64,000 nt of DNA. Origin: Podarcis filfolensis (Eukaryota). Location of the stretch: the NCBI GenBank assembly GCA_964270895.1, contig OZ185443.1, one strand, 5' to 3'. The notes under the pieces are model-generated. The model was not told where the DNA came from. It did no database searches and saw only the letters and a program-made list of their open reading frames with translations. The position numbers were made by a program, and so were the translations under genes. Within the stretch, counting starts at the first letter, position 1. Every line of letters starts with the position of its first letter. Below are positions 62,746 to 64,000 of this stretch, one piece after another.

Positions 62746-63689
62746 CCTCTCAGCTCCATCTTATTTGGCAGGTAAATCCCACAGCTGCAGAGCTTCCTTG
62801 AAGGTTCTTTTTCTTGGTGAGAAGCTCCTGAAAAGCCAGAGGACAACTCTGACAAATGAACTGCCTCTCCGAACAACTATGTGAGGGTTGCAGTATGCAA
62901 GACACATGTTTGCTTAGCTCACTGCTTTTCTTTGTCTCTGAATAAAGAAATATGTCACCTAATATTTTATGAAGCAATGCACACATAGACTCTGGCAGAA
63001 CTCCACCTTCTCTCACTCAGGTGGGAGCCGTGCCCCAACCCCAGCAAAAACAAACACAAAAGCCGACAGGGGCTCATTCCTTAGCACATCAGCATTGGCT
63101 GGGGGAGGGGTGTGTGTCCTGGGCTTAATACAGAACTGAGCTCTGCCCCCCCCATACAAGAAGCTGAAAGGTAAGCTGATTTCTATTTTCATTATTTTCA
63201 TCCGAGGATGGTCTACCATCATGTGTACCATTACAGAATAATTTGATCGCATTTAATTGTGAATATATGAAAAACGGTGGGGCTGTAAAGGCTGGCTCAG
63301 AGATCCCAAAACCTCTTCAAATAAGCTGCTGCAATTTCCCATTATGTTAGTGAACATCTCAGCATACCAAAACCTTGATCCATAAAAAGCAGCAAATTAA
63401 ATGTGGCTCCAGTGGTTTTGGAGTTGGACCAACAAGTTTATCTTATTAATGGATTCAAGAGAAAAGGTACCATTTTTATTACAATATTTTCTTAATGATA
63501 AAGGCAGTAATGGAATCTCAGCAGAGCACACCAAAGGAATCCAAGTTTGCTGGCAGTCAACTCAAATTTGCGTGCGTTTGGTGCTGGGTTAAGGAGACTT
63601 GGCACTCGCCAACTTCTGTCTTCTGCCTTTTTTCCTTGTTTGAAAAAACAACAACACACACAGCCTTTTTGCTCTTTCACTATACTTAC

Positions 63690-63856
63690 CATTTGACATT
63701 TTCTTGGCTTTAACTGAAATTTTGACACATAAATCCCACATGTCAAACGATATTGTAAAACAAGCATCCAAGTGTCAGCACATAGTCCAATAGTCTGGGG
63801 ACCAAAGAATAGAATAAGGAACACCTTTATAGAGTCTTTCATCTATCTCCAGCCAT
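63690..63856 (-). other. Candidate minus-strand exon (two possible acceptors, 63856 or 63794)
   Basis: AATG|gtaagt consensus donor at 63689; acceptors ttacttgcag|A and ctattctttggtccccag|A. Confidence 0.35.
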
Positions 63857-64000
63857 CTGCAAGTAATTTGAAACCAGTTTCAAAGGGAGCAAAGTTGCTC
63901 AGCCTGCTAATGTAGATGAAGCTAAAGCATGAGGTTGGTTTCATCTTAGCTTTATAGACTTACTAATGAGTAGATAAGATTTTCTTTTATAGTCCAACTG

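Noticed and set aside
62750-62937. Strong minus-strand acceptor at 62937 as a definite exon
   Set aside because: The only consensus donor gives a 15-nt microexon and there is no convincing longer donor; kept only as weak support for the cryptic gene.

Overview
Vertebrate genomic DNA from a squamate reptile, probably a lacertid lizard, judged from its Sauria SINE, Squam3-like SINE, Bov-B, CR1, L2 and Tc1/mariner MITE content. The + strand carries the 3' part of a Dachsous-family giant protocadherin gene, most likely DCHS2. I traced 18 GT-AG exons by hand (1150-48161). They join with compatible phases into one uninterrupted frame of 7896 nt (2631 aa plus stop), encoding tandem cadherin repeats, one transmembrane helix and a Dachsous-type cytoplasmic tail ending EEVQV. 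The 5' exons lie upstream of the window. Introns and downstream DNA hold many transposon copies, several nested and some with intact target-site duplications. Three things are least explained. (1) A cluster of minus-strand exon-like segments at 53.7-63.9 kb may be an unidentified gene or decaying pseudogene converging on DCHS2; I could not identify its product or build one fully consistent model. (2) A 1.15 kb ORF-less retroposon has a 15-bp L1-type TSD. (3) An 814-bp Tc1/mariner-type element has an interior made of tandem long hairpins. No rRNA, true tRNA or CRISPR was seen. Repeat family names come from recalled consensus sequences, not database searches.
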